64,000 nt of DNA, taken from IMG/VR virus record IMGVR_UViG_3300009182_000043, positions 19,392 to 83,391 of that record; one strand, given 5' to 3'. Under the pieces are notes generated by a model. That model saw only the letters and a program-made list of their open reading frames with translations. It was not told the origin of the DNA and ran no database searches. Source of the DNA: a virus. The position numbers were made by a program, and so were the translations under genes. Below are positions 1 through 10,478 of this stretch, piece by piece (positions within the stretch are counted from its first letter, which is position 1; every line of letters begins with the position of its first letter).

Positions 1-177
1 AGCAATACTAGCTGAGATTAAATCTGAACGTTGCCAAATTCTATCGCCGCGAATTAATAATGGGCTAGAAATGCTTTCTTCAAAACCCTGCTTGGTTGTT
101 CCCAAGTCAGTCTTAGTTTTACCGTAGGCTATTTTCTTCCAAAGATAATCAACTTTTTGTGAGTCTGAAATAGCCAT
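1..177 (-). CDS. Partial CDS running off the window start; probable virion structural protein (MAISDSQKVDYLWKKIAYGKTKTD...)
   Basis: ATG at 177 overlaps the TAA of the upstream 1990-aa gene; the frame is open to position 1; not in the ORF track. Confidence 0.7.
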   Translation of the reverse strand, partial: MAISDSQKVDYLWKKIAYGKTKTDLGTTKQGFEESISSPLLIRGDRIWQRSDLISASIA

Positions 178-3100
178 TAACTAAAGCTCCATGATGTAAT
201 ATAATCACCTGATGCTAGTGCAATACTAAACAGTACTTGATTACCTGAATTCCCTGGTGAGCTTGTACTACCTTCACCAAACGTTATTTTATACGTTGCC
301 CCTGATATTACTGAACCTGTTGGTACTACTGAACCGTCAGCACATCCGCTATCGTTTGCACCCGCTACCCCTGCACCAAAATATGCAACGTGTGCATCTA
401 ACCATCCGTTAGTTGCATATGGTAGTGAATCTGTTACACCCGGTACTGCAAAGCGCAAGCCAGAAATCTTACCTGTAATTGTCACACTGAAGCTACTCTT
501 ACTCGCTCTTACAAATGCACCTCTGAAATACTGTGTACCACTACGTCCAGTAGACAAATTAGGTCCTACTGGTAAGTAACCAGTTGACAAGTCAGTTACA
601 AAATTCTTTAATTGATTGAAACGAACAATTGCTTCATCAGTACCTGCTACTGTTTGAGCGCCAGACCATAGACCACTTGTGTAATAGTTTGTTGCTGTTA
701 CATAAGCCGGTGTAGCGCCTGATGCACTAGCAATTACAATACGTTTGGCAGCGTTGCTATTTGGTACAGCACCTACAGGGATAGTACAACTGATATTATC
801 CTCTACAAATCCGCTAGGAGTAGCATTGAATACTTGAATCTTTTTAGTATGTGTAGCATAAGCACTTGAACCATTAACATTAGTTGCCAAAAACTTGATG
901 GTTTGAACTGCGGCTACTCCAGCGACACCACCAATGTTAATTGTCTGACTACCAATTGTATATTGATTGCTACTTGTATTACCTGTATTAGCGTTTGGTA
1001 TTCCACCTGACAAGAATGTACTAGCGCCATCTAAACTACTATAAGTCTTAGTCTGTGATGCAATTACGTTTCCTGTAGTGCTTTCATCATTTGTGCCGGC
1101 TTCAATTTGGAATGGTGTAGTTGTATTTTGATATGTTTGACCAATCCAGTTATAGATATTAGCACCAGTTAAAGTAATTGTTGGGCTACCTGTATTGTAG
1201 TATGGAATACCTGAGACATAACGATAAGTTCCGTTTGTAGCATTGCTGATTGTGGCAACTGATACATCAACTGTTGGCACACTTGTTACATCATCTTTTA
1301 CAAATTCAACAATGTTTGTGTTACCAGTTGCTGTATGACTTATTTTGAAATTGTTTACCCCTACTGACAGTACAGAGTTTGTTTTAGATATTTTTGCTTT
1401 GAAGCCTTTATATAAACTAGGGCTATAAATTGATGCTCCAAATGTAGTTGTTGCACCTGTAGCATCCAATAAATTATAGTCACTTTCTGATGATAACACC
1501 AATGACTGATTGGTTCCAGAATTATCACTAGAAGTTAATGTAATGTTACCATCTTCTGAGCCATTAATAAATGCACGTAAGTATCCACTGTCAGCATTGT
1601 ATGCAAATGTTGACATTACTACAGTTTCTACCGGAGTGCCTGTAGTCACACGACTAATGCTTGATCCTGCTGTTGTAGATACTGTTCCACCTGTGTTATT
1701 TGCAAAATTGACTGCAAGATATGGGCTTGTTCCAACACTAGACTGGAAAGCAATAGTCTTACTGCTTAGTCCGTTTGGTGCAGAAATACTTGGGTTATAG
1801 ATTTTAATTGATGAGGTGCTGTTTGGACCTGTTGCAATATAAGAAGGTGTCGCTGTACTATGACTTGTTAATGTCAATGTAATTGTTTTAGTTCCTGTAC
1901 CAGAATTTTGTCCAGTAGCATAAACATGGCTCTTACGTCCGCCACCTACACCACCGGCTACACTATCACTACTGATTGTGTCAGTATTTCCATCGCCCCA
2001 ATTAATTGTATACGTTACAGTTGCACCTGAAGTATTTGTAGTTGTGTTCTCCAAATAGAATGTATCACCCTCGCTAACATACAGTGTGCTACCAGTTAAT
2101 GCACTACCACCTATACTACCTCTATACAAACTGAATCCAACGATTGGATTAGCGGTATATATGATAATGTAGCCGGTGCGAGTAAAGCTTGCTTCACTAC
2201 CCTTACCAGAACCACCATTATTGTATGCTCTAACTGTTACAGTGAATGGACTACCTGAATTAGTAGAATAAGTATGAGTTGGTGTAGTAGATGTAGCACC
2301 TGTAGTTTGACTGCCATCACCCCAATCAATATCATAGCGATTTGGATTACCTACGCTTGTAATTGTCAGTGTAACTAGTGTTCCTGCACCACCTGCTGTT
2401 GGGCTAGCAGTAAAGCTAACACTCTTTACATAAGTATTGTTTCGCACATTTTCAAGTGCTTCGTTTAAATCGTCAATTGCGTCAGTCACTTTAGTCTCTG
2501 TTGTCCATGATGTTATTGAACCCGGTGATACTAAGTCGGTATCTATAGGACCTCCTAAAGGTATTGTATTACCTACACTACCCGAAATTCCACCAGTAAC
2601 ACTAATAGTACCATTAATTATAATATTCCCAGTAATATTTGCATCTTGTTGTACTTCTAAATTTCCTACTCTTAAATTACCATACTCATTGAATGTTACT
2701 ACGTTGTCAGTTACTGATACGTTACTGCCCAATGCAAATTCTGCATTACTAGTATCCCAACCTATAAATGCATCAACTGGTGTTGTGGTATAATTATGAA
2801 TTAGTGTACCACGATCCATATTATTGTTTGATACTAATGGATTACCGTTTTGTCCGCCACCTATTTCAGTTATTGGGTCTGTTACGTAAGTTACAGTAGT
2901 TTGAATATAAGTTACTGCACCCTTAACATCTAAATTACCTTGAATTGTTGCATCTCCGGATACTGATATGTTATTTGCAGAAATATTACCCTGAGCATCA
3001 CGCAATACAAGTGTATCACCGGTAGCTGAGGTGTTTGAATTAATAAAGCCGGTACTAACATCAACCCATGCATACCCAAGATTTTGCGGATCTTTAAAAT

Positions 3101-6100
3101 ATTGATAAACTTTAGAAGTATCTGTGTCTAACCACATATCCCCTAATTTAGCATTGGTTGGTGCAGTTGCTTGTGTTGCAAAGGTAGTAACTACTTTTCC
3201 GTCACGTGTAAGATTATTACCTACACTTAAATTACTTGTAATTTCAACTGAATTTGATGTCTTGTCAAACAATACTGTAGATGTTTTTAATGTTCCGCCA
3301 TCGTTATACAATATTGCTTTGTTAGCACCAGCAACTAATATATCTCCAGAAAAACTACCAGACATATGTGTAGCAATGAAACTTGATGCTGTTACACTTC
3401 CAGTAACCACCAAGTTTCCACCAATTGACTCATCTCCAAGTACATCTAAACTAACTAGTGATCCAACACTAGTAATATTTGGCTGTGCATTGGTTGAGAC
3501 TGTGTTAGCAACAGTAGCCTGTGTTGCTAAATCAGAAGTGTCTGAATGACCAGCATTATCAGCATATACGGCATTTGCTACTTTACCTAAAACATTTCCG
3601 CCTGTAATATTTGATATATTACTACCGTCACCCGCTAGATAATCGGCTGATAGTAATTCACCAACAGTTAAATTCACTGCAATTGAAGCAGAATCATTTA
3701 CTATCAAACTTACTAAAGTGCCTACACTAGTAATATTTGGTTGACTACTTGCAGTTACATGCAATGCATAATTAGCAACGTTAGCTTGCGCCGTATTGTC
3801 AGCAAACACAGCATTTGCTACTTTATCTGTAACGTTTGGACCATAAATATTATATAAACCTGATGCTTCACCTGCAACATTACCTACAGTTAACATATTG
3901 TTAACTATACCGCTATTAGCAGTGAACGTATCTAGCGTAGTAGGTCCATTAACGTTTAAGAAGTTTAATATACCAATTTCGTTAATGTTTGGTTGAATGT
4001 TATCGTGAACCACATTAGCAATATAAGCACTGTCTGCTGTTAAACTTGATCCTGCAAAATTTGCATAATTTGCATTTGCTACATCACCTTGTATGTTAGC
4101 ACCGGAGATGTTTCCAATTTGATAACCGTCACCAACTAAGTAAATACCGGTGATTGTGTCACTAGCAGAAATATTAGAAACGCTTATGTTTCCTGATACT
4201 GTTAAATCAGTTAATGTGCCGACACTAGTAATATTTGGTTGATAATTGGTAGTAACTGTTCCGGCACGTAATGCAGTGTTTGAAATGTTTGCAAAGTTTG
4301 CAGTATTTGCTTGTTTGGCTAAATTAACGTTACCAACAACATTAGCACCTTGAATGTTTGCGAGATATGTAGCATTACCTGAAAAGAAATTAGCAATTGC
4401 TATATTACCTAATACGGCATTTCCAGCAGTTAAATTACCTGAAACATTTAATAAGGTAAGCAACCCAACAGCAGTAATGTTTGGTTGATCTCCAATTACG
4501 ACATTACCAGCATAGTTGGCATAGTTGGCATTTTCAGCACTATCAGAGAAAATTGCATTAGCTACTTTTCCAGTAATATTTGAACCAGTAACACTAGTTA
4601 AATTGCTTCCATCACCAATAAAATAATTACCACGGATTTCGTCCCCAAGGTTTGCGCTACCAGAAGTTATTACTCCAGAAATTGTTAAACTTGTTAGTGT
4701 ACCAACACTAGTGATATTTGATTGAGCACCTTGAGTTACATAGCCTGCTAAACCTGCATTGTCAGAAAAGATTGCATTTGCGACTTTACCAGTAACATTT
4801 GCTCCGGTTATATTACTTAAATTGCCACCCTCACCAATAATATGAGTGGCAATAATATGGTCACCTAGACTTGCGTTTTGTGATGTAATTGGTCCATCAA
4901 CTGTTAAACTGGTCAATGTACCCAAACTAGTAATGTTTGATTGATCGGCTGCTGTTACATGTCCTGCTAATAAACTTGTTCCTGCACTAACAGAATAAGT
5001 AGCATTTGATACTTCACCTATTACGTTTCCACCAGTAATTCCAAATAATCTGTAACCATTACCAACAAAGAAATTAGCGGTTACTACATTACCAAGACTT
5101 GGGTTAACTGTAGGACTTACTGCTAAACTAGTTAGTGTTCCAAAGCTTCTAATATTTGGCTGTGCTGAATCATTAACTGTATTTGCAACTCCTGCGATAC
5201 CTGCACTATTTGCATAAACTGCATTCGATACAAAGCCAGTAACATTTGCACCAGTAACATTTGATAGTCTACTACCGTCACCAATAAAATAACTAGCATG
5301 TAAATTGCCGTATTCATGTATAATTAAATTGTTTGCAACTAAACTTACATTACTTGCAACAGAAAATTCTTGATTTGTATCATCCCAACCAACAAACGCA
5401 TCAACTGCATTATTTGTGAAATAATGCATTACTGTACCGCGAGCATTATAATCATCTGCTTGAGTTAGTACACCACCTGTTGGGTTTGCACCTAATTGAA
5501 GAATTGGATCTTCAATACGTATTGTTTGAACATCTGCATAAATTGCATTACCTTCAACAATAAGATTACCAACAATAGTAGCATCACCTCCAACAATTAG
5601 TGATGAGTTAGCAATTAATGCACCGGTAACTGTTAGATTTGCTAAATTACCAACTTGATTAATGTTTGGTTGATAATTACCAATAACAGTAGTTGACGTA
5701 TTAGATTGGGTACTGTTTAATGTAACCAGTGCATAGTGTGCATAGTTAGCATTTGCGACTTCGCCAAATACATTTGCCCCTGCAATATAAGATATTCCTG
5801 CACCGTTACCAGCAAATGATGTTGCATTAAGTTGACCAGTAACATTGTTATATGTTAGTGTAGCATCACCACTAAATGCACCATTATTATTAAACTGAAT
5901 GGATTGATTGCTGCCGCCGGGTGTTGTTAGTGCCGCATCTTTAAAGAATAGTGTTCCAAACCCATCAGTAGCAACTACTTGGTCAGGATTTCCACCTTGA
6001 ATACTAATGTTACTAATACTACCAAGATTTGCAAAGTTACTAACTTCTAGGGAGTTGGCTATTATATTACCATTGCTGTCAACAACTGCTATTGTGGGTT

Positions 6101-6149
6101 CTAGTCCTACTGAGAACCCTGATTGCGAATTAAACTTTTTTAATGCCAT
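177..6149 (-). CDS. Long fibre/decoration protein (1990 aa) with nine QPNITSVGTL-type repeats and PKD-like domains
   Basis: G/N/S/T/A/V-rich repeats; PKD-like motifs YDIDWGDG and YTINWGDG; lies in the late structural region. Confidence 0.7.
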   Translation of the reverse strand: MALKKFNSQSGFSVGLEPTIAVVDSNGNIIANSLEVSNFANLGSISNISIQGGNPDQVVATDGFGTLFFKDAALTTPGGSNQSIQFNNNGAFSGDATLTYNNVTGQLNATSFAGNGAGISYIAGANVFGEVANANYAHYALVTLNSTQSNTSTTVIGNYQPNINQVGNLANLTVTGALIANSSLIVGGDATIVGNLIVEGNAIYADVQTIRIEDPILQLGANPTGGVLTQADDYNARGTVMHYFTNNAVDAFVGWDDTNQEFSVASNVSLVANNLIIHEYGNLHASYFIGDGSRLSNVTGANVTGFVSNAVYANSAGIAGVANTVNDSAQPNIRSFGTLTSLAVSPTVNPSLGNVVTANFFVGNGYRLFGITGGNVIGEVSNATYSVSAGTSLLAGHVTAADQSNITSLGTLTSLTVDGPITSQNASLGDHIIATHIIGEGGNLSNITGANVTGKVANAIFSDNAGLAGYVTQGAQSNITSVGTLTSLTISGVITSGSANLGDEIRGNYFIGDGSNLTSVTGSNITGKVANAIFSDSAENANYANYAGNVVIGDQPNITAVGLLTLLNVSGNLTAGNAVLGNIAIANFFSGNATYLANIQGANVVGNVNLAKQANTANFANISNTALRAGTVTTNYQPNITSVGTLTDLTVSGNISVSNISASDTITGIYLVGDGYQIGNISGANIQGDVANANYANFAGSSLTADSAYIANVVHDNIQPNINEIGILNFLNVNGPTTLDTFTANSGIVNNMLTVGNVAGEASGLYNIYGPNVTDKVANAVFADNTAQANVANYALHVTASSQPNITSVGTLVSLIVNDSASIAVNLTVGELLSADYLAGDGSNISNITGGNVLGKVANAVYADNAGHSDTSDLATQATVANTVSTNAQPNITSVGSLVSLDVLGDESIGGNLVVTGSVTASSFIATHMSGSFSGDILVAGANKAILYNDGGTLKTSTVLFDKTSNSVEITSNLSVGNNLTRDGKVVTTFATQATAPTNAKLGDMWLDTDTSKVYQYFKDPQNLGYAWVDVSTGFINSNTSATGDTLVLRDAQGNISANNISVSGDATIQGNLDVKGAVTYIQTTVTYVTDPITEIGGGQNGNPLVSNNNMDRGTLIHNYTTTPVDAFIGWDTSNAEFALGSNVSVTDNVVTFNEYGNLRVGNLEVQQDANITGNIIINGTISVTGGISGSVGNTIPLGGPIDTDLVSPGSITSWTTETKVTDAIDDLNEALENVRNNTYVKSVSFTASPTAGGAGTLVTLTITSVGNPNRYDIDWGDGSQTTGATSTTPTHTYSTNSGSPFTVTVRAYNNGGSGKGSEASFTRTGYIIIYTANPIVGFSLYRGSIGGSALTGSTLYVSEGDTFYLENTTTNTSGATVTYTINWGDGNTDTISSDSVAGGVGGGRKSHVYATGQNSGTGTKTITLTLTSHSTATPSYIATGPNSTSSIKIYNPSISAPNGLSSKTIAFQSSVGTSPYLAVNFANNTGGTVSTTAGSSISRVTTGTPVETVVMSTFAYNADSGYLRAFINGSEDGNITLTSSDNSGTNQSLVLSSESDYNLLDATGATTTFGASIYSPSLYKGFKAKISKTNSVLSVGVNNFKISHTATGNTNIVEFVKDDVTSVPTVDVSVATISNATNGTYRYVSGIPYYNTGSPTITLTGANIYNWIGQTYQNTTTPFQIEAGTNDESTTGNVIASQTKTYSSLDGASTFLSGGIPNANTGNTSSNQYTIGSQTINIGGVAGVAAVQTIKFLATNVNGSSAYATHTKKIQVFNATPSGFVEDNISCTIPVGAVPNSNAAKRIVIASASGATPAYVTATNYYTSGLWSGAQTVAGTDEAIVRFNQLKNFVTDLSTGYLPVGPNLSTGRSGTQYFRGAFVRASKSSFSVTITGKISGLRFAVPGVTDSLPYATNGWLDAHVAYFGAGVAGANDSGCADGSVVPTGSVISGATYKITFGEGSTSSPGNSGNQVLFSIALASGDYITSWSFS
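3450..5780 (-). repeat. Approximately 70-aa protein repeat array (GANVxGxVANA...QPNITSVGTLTSLTV), nine copies
   Basis: Copies read in the translation: YQPNINQVG, AQPNIRSFG, DQSNITSLG, AQSNITSVG, DQPNITAVG, YQPNITSVG, IQPNINEIG, SQPNITSVG, AQPNITSVG. Confidence 0.85.
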
Positions 6150-6168
6150 AAATTTTTATCTGGCTCTC

Positions 6169-8439
6169 TTAAATTGTACTAAACTGTGTAGTCCACACAG
6201 TTGAATTACTACTAGAAGGACTAACTGTTAATCTTATATTGCCACCTGCAAACGATACAGCTAACACACCAGTTAAACCTCCCATATTAACACTCCCATA
6301 TACAGAATAGTCTACAGCAGTACCATTATGCACAGCAGAAACTGACTCAACACTATATTTAGCACCCATAGATTCTTCACCTTTTACAGTAAAAATTACT
6401 CCTCGGATACCAGTTGCGCTTACACTTGCTATAACTTGATTTGGTACTGTGCTAGTTGTAGTCACAGTAGACCATAAAATTTTTGTTTGACCTAACGAAA
6501 TACTATTATTTGACGTTAAATTATTTGACGTTAAGTTACCAGTAACTGTTACATTACCCTTAATACTAGTTACTGCGGTAGATATGTCAACTACATTAGC
6601 AGTACCAGTTGTGCTGATAGTTACATTGCTATTAGGATAAACAGATATACTGCTGTTACCACTAGCAAGTCTATTACTTACTGGAGTGGTAAATGCAATT
6701 CCACCAAATCCATTGGTAGTTAATACTTGTCCGGCAGTCCCATCATGCGATGGATAAATTAATCCACCTGCAACTAATTGATTGATGTTTGCTGTACCAC
6801 TTATATCTACATTAGCAAGTGTACCAACACTAGTAATTTGTGGTTGTGCTGATGTTTGAATTGTTCCTTCTAAGTTACCAATAAAAGTGTCTGCTTTGAT
6901 GTTTGCGTACTGTGTAGATTGCACTGATTCGTTTGGATATCCAGTAACATCTTCTCTTGCTTCAAATTGCCCAGCAGATGTTTTCCATCCAAAGAATGTA
7001 TTATACGGGCCTGATCCATCAAACTTATAATTTTGTAATATTAAGCCGCGGTCTTTACCATCATATGCTTCAGCATCAGCTCCGTTACCAGAACCACCTA
7101 GTAATATCAACGGATCTTTTACAGCTAAATTAGTTACATTAATATATTGTGTGCTACCGCTTACAGTTAAATTACCACTAATAGTTGCATCACCCTGAGC
7201 AAAGATGTTTCCGGTGCGTACTGTGTTACTAGTCATATTGCCAACAAAATTAGCATTGCCAGTAGTCAATACACCATTTACATCAGTCAATATTGTAGTA
7301 CCTAAACTAATACCATTTGCTGATACGTACAACTGATTCCATTTAAAATTATCACTACCTAAATCATACGTAGAATTAGTAATTGGAATTAAATTTGATT
7401 TAACGTTATTCACAACTGTTAAGTTACCTGAACTTAAATTACCTAAATATGTAGGTAAATAACTCGAAACGTTGCTATTACTATATGTTGAAAAGGGATC
7501 ACCATTACTATAATAAAATTGATTGGCAGAAATAGCTCCGATTATATTAGCACCTATACTAGAAACAGTGAGTATATTAGCTGTACCAGCAATACTTACA
7601 TTAAAGTTACCGTTTAAATCAACACTTGCATTACTTGAACCATTGCTGATATTAGCCGTGTTTAGTGATATGAACCCTAAATTACCAGAACCATCTGTTA
7701 CGATTACTTGTCCAGGTAATCCGTCAACTGAGGGGTATTTAATTCCACTTGCAGTTAATCTATACGTATTTGTTCTTCCACTAACATTCATTGATTGAGC
7801 ATTAGCATCAGTACTAATATTCAACGAATAAACATTTGCGGCTCCACTAACAGTTAATGAATTTAATACACCTACACTAGTAATACTTGGTTGAGTTGGT
7901 GTAGTTAATTGTCCGCCAACAAATGTACTTGTAATTTGAGATGCATTTATTGTTGATACTTGAAAGGATCCGTCTAATGTTAATACATTAGCCAAATAGT
8001 CAAATTTGAGTGCGTCACTTGCACCGGCGTTACCTACATTGTTGTAAAGAATTGCAGTATTAGTTCCGGGTACAACAATATTACCAGATATATTTCCAAC
8101 AACGTTACCTAAAAAGTACGCGGCTGTGATATTACCAGAAGCGGTAATTTTACCTTGAACATCAAGTGTATTTGTTATTGGATTGAATTTAAGATTATCG
8201 CTTGCACCAAATCTTGGGGGTACTGCACCACTATTGATTTGAATTGCGTAAGGTGAGCCTGCAGGCTCAGAGAAGTTATAAGGTACTCCGTTAGCATAGA
8301 AAAGATAATCAGTATAAACACCGCTGGTTGCCGAGACATTAGACGTTGTAATGTCGCCATTTGGTAATACAACAACATTAGCGATTTCTCCTACAGAGAA
8401 ACCGCCCATTGAGTTAAACGCGGTAATTATTGCTGACAT
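6169..8439 (-). CDS. Virion fibre/decoration protein (756 aa), paralogous to its neighbours
   Basis: Shares the N-terminal FNSxxGFSVG motif, QPxITSVG repeats and a DPLILLG..DRG module with 177..6149. Confidence 0.65.
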   Translation of the reverse strand: MSAIITAFNSMGGFSVGEIANVVVLPNGDITTSNVSATSGVYTDYLFYANGVPYNFSEPAGSPYAIQINSGAVPPRFGASDNLKFNPITNTLDVQGKITASGNITAAYFLGNVVGNISGNIVVPGTNTAILYNNVGNAGASDALKFDYLANVLTLDGSFQVSTINASQITSTFVGGQLTTPTQPSITSVGVLNSLTVSGAANVYSLNISTDANAQSMNVSGRTNTYRLTASGIKYPSVDGLPGQVIVTDGSGNLGFISLNTANISNGSSNASVDLNGNFNVSIAGTANILTVSSIGANIIGAISANQFYYSNGDPFSTYSNSNVSSYLPTYLGNLSSGNLTVVNNVKSNLIPITNSTYDLGSDNFKWNQLYVSANGISLGTTILTDVNGVLTTGNANFVGNMTSNTVRTGNIFAQGDATISGNLTVSGSTQYINVTNLAVKDPLILLGGSGNGADAEAYDGKDRGLILQNYKFDGSGPYNTFFGWKTSAGQFEAREDVTGYPNESVQSTQYANIKADTFIGNLEGTIQTSAQPQITSVGTLANVDISGTANINQLVAGGLIYPSHDGTAGQVLTTNGFGGIAFTTPVSNRLASGNSSISVYPNSNVTISTTGTANVVDISTAVTSIKGNVTVTGNLTSNNLTSNNSISLGQTKILWSTVTTTSTVPNQVIASVSATGIRGVIFTVKGEESMGAKYSVESVSAVHNGTAVDYSVYGSVNMGGLTGVLAVSFAGGNIRLTVSPSSSNSTVWTTQFSTI

Positions 8440-8452
8440 TTTTTATGCCTTA

Positions 8453-9133
8453 CTATTTGTATGTAGTAACCATTATTTTATAACTAGCTGGGTTAGATAA
8501 TAATGGTGAAACTGTTAATTCTATATTTCCAGTGTTATATCGGACTTTGAAATCCCCTACACCCCCGTTAATATCAATGGTTCCGAATTCTGAATAAGCA
8601 ATTTGAGTACCTAAAATGCTTGCGAGTAATTTTGTTGTTTGTCTAGAATTAGCAGTAACATCGTCTGCTATAATCATGTATTCTACTGCTGAATTATTTA
8701 ATCCGCTGACTGATTGTAATACTTGGTCGGCTCCTGCACTATTTGTACTTGCAAATAACATTCTTGTTGAGCTAAATTCATAAACTCCTGCGCCCATTGT
8801 AAGAGAGTTAGCTATTAAATTTCCGTTTATAGTTACTAGATTGCTAACTTCATTGAATGTAAAATTTGTATTACCGGCTGCTATTCCGTTTTTTACAAAA
8901 GCGATAGTTGTATCAGGGGCGTCAATTTTAACATCAGCAACAATATTTCCTACTAAATTTCCATAAAAATTAGTTGCAGTTACATTTCCAACAGCAACAA
9001 TATTTCTACCAACATTAATATTGCCGCTAATGTTTGCATAAGGTGCTGTTATATTTCCACTGTCATTGATAATTGATACAGGGGGGATACCAACTGTATA
9101 TCCGCCTGCTGAGTTGAAGGGTTCTGCTGCCAT
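8453..9133 (-). CDS. Virion structural protein (226 aa), short paralogue of 6169..8439
   Basis: N-terminal FNSAGGYTVG; C-terminal domain resembles that of 6169..8439; late box upstream. Confidence 0.6.
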   Translation of the reverse strand: MAAEPFNSAGGYTVGIPPVSIINDSGNITAPYANISGNINVGRNIVAVGNVTATNFYGNLVGNIVADVKIDAPDTTIAFVKNGIAAGNTNFTFNEVSNLVTINGNLIANSLTMGAGVYEFSSTRMLFASTNSAGADQVLQSVSGLNNSAVEYMIIADDVTANSRQTTKLLASILGTQIAYSEFGTIDINGGVGDFKVRYNTGNIELTVSPLLSNPASYKIMVTTYK

Positions 9134-9155
9134 GTATTATCCTAGATTTATTATG

Positions 9156-9163
9156 TATTTATC
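9156..9163 (-). promoter_or_regulatory. T4-type late promoter box GATAAATA
   Basis: tatttatc on the + strand, 22 nt upstream of the ATG at 9133. Confidence 0.6.
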
Positions 9164-9187
9164 ATTATTAGCAAACAGATGCCCAAC

Positions 9188-9211
9188 AAAAAAGGCTCCT
9201 AAGAGCCCTTT
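9188..9211 (-). terminator. Rho-independent terminator after the major capsid gene
   Basis: Minus strand reads GGGCTC-TTAG-GAGCCT followed by a T-run. Confidence 0.75.
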
Positions 9212-9252
9212 AAGTAACTTCCCATCCCGAGGGTAAAAAGTTTCAATTCCGA

Positions 9253-10449
9253 TTATTGGAATGTTAGGTTGCTTACAGCAATCTCACCAACGTAGTCAGC
9301 CGCATTACCAAAAGATGATGCAGTATTTGTCAATTCGATGTAACCATAACGTGTCATGAATGATACGACTGGTTCGAATGTTGATGGATCTAGAACAACA
9401 CCACTGCTCATCAACGGAATGTATGGGCAATAGAATGCTGCCGCGTCTGTCTCGCTAGAACCTTTATAACCAACCAATACTGGTGTAGTGTCAGGTGCAT
9501 AAGAGTCAACGAATACACGCATAGCGCCATTCAATGTACCAACAAACTTAGTATTTGTAGGAGCTTCGAATGTACCTTCTGTTGTACGTGCAAATGCAGA
9601 TGTTGTAGCAGATTGTAGAACTGTTAAACTAGCAGATGAAACAACTGCCCAATTACCAGCACCACGGCGAGTGCGTTGTGCAATCAAGTTAGCAACACGA
9701 TTGATTAGAACAGCTAAAGCAGCATGTTCGTCACCAACGTAAGTAGCTGTACCACTTACTGTAGCTTGGTTGAATGTGTACTCTGTTGTTGCTAAAGTAC
9801 GTAGAGATAAAAGAATCTCTTGGTCGATTTCAGCAGTGATTTCTTGTGCAAGTGCGGCCATGATTTCTGCTTCAACGTCAATACCATGTTGAGACTGTGC
9901 ATCTTGTGCTGCCTCAAATGTCCAACGTGCTTGCAATTTACGTGACTTAGCTTCAACAGCTTGACGTAGAATCTGTACGGAAATTTGCTTACCGCCATTA
10001 CCTTCTAAAGTCGCTGTGTTGTTACCAGTATAGCCTGTAGATGGGCTACCATCTTTAGTCATTGTAGAATATGCTTGAGCAATTTTGAATGGGCTCAATG
10101 CTTCTTCACCAGCTTGAATGCTTGTGTTGGCTGCACTGTTGTCTGTTAAGCTAGAAGCATAACGTACACGCAATGTATGAATTTGACCAACTGGACCTGT
10201 CATTGGCTGAACGCCTACCAACTCGTTAGCAATAACTGTTGGCATTACACGACGGATAACTGGAAGAATAACACGATTAAGTGTTGCAATATTGCCTGCT
10301 GTGGTTGTACCAGCAACAGATTCTTTCAATAGTGACTTGCGAGTGTTTTCTAAGATTACACCCATTGTTGAGCGGCGAGTACCCTTAAGACCTTCAAGTA
10401 GGGCTTCTTTGGTCTCGTCCCAACGGCTTTCTAATAGAACTTGTGACAT
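9253..10449 (-). CDS. gp23: Major capsid protein (T4 gp23-like)
   Basis: Motifs GVQPMTGPVGQI, AKSRKLQARWTFEAAQD, FYCPYIPL and FMTRYG; AGGAG RBS. Confidence 0.96.
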   Translation of the reverse strand: MSQVLLESRWDETKEALLEGLKGTRRSTMGVILENTRKSLLKESVAGTTTAGNIATLNRVILPVIRRVMPTVIANELVGVQPMTGPVGQIHTLRVRYASSLTDNSAANTSIQAGEEALSPFKIAQAYSTMTKDGSPSTGYTGNNTATLEGNGGKQISVQILRQAVEAKSRKLQARWTFEAAQDAQSQHGIDVEAEIMAALAQEITAEIDQEILLSLRTLATTEYTFNQATVSGTATYVGDEHAALAVLINRVANLIAQRTRRGAGNWAVVSSASLTVLQSATTSAFARTTEGTFEAPTNTKFVGTLNGAMRVFVDSYAPDTTPVLVGYKGSSETDAAAFYCPYIPLMSSGVVLDPSTFEPVVSFMTRYGYIELTNTASSFGNAADYVGEIAVSNLTFQ

Positions 10450-10478
10450 GTTAATATTCTCCTAATAATGTCTTTTGT

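Noticed and set aside
1510-7798. Plus-strand ORFs 1510, 2437, 3124, 6007 and 7523
   Set aside because: Antisense shadows of the long minus-strand fibre genes, caused by codon bias
9220-9234. Small GC-rich element (CCCTCGGGATGGG on the minus strand) between the capsid stop and the terminator
   Set aside because: Too short and weakly paired to support a function without comparative data
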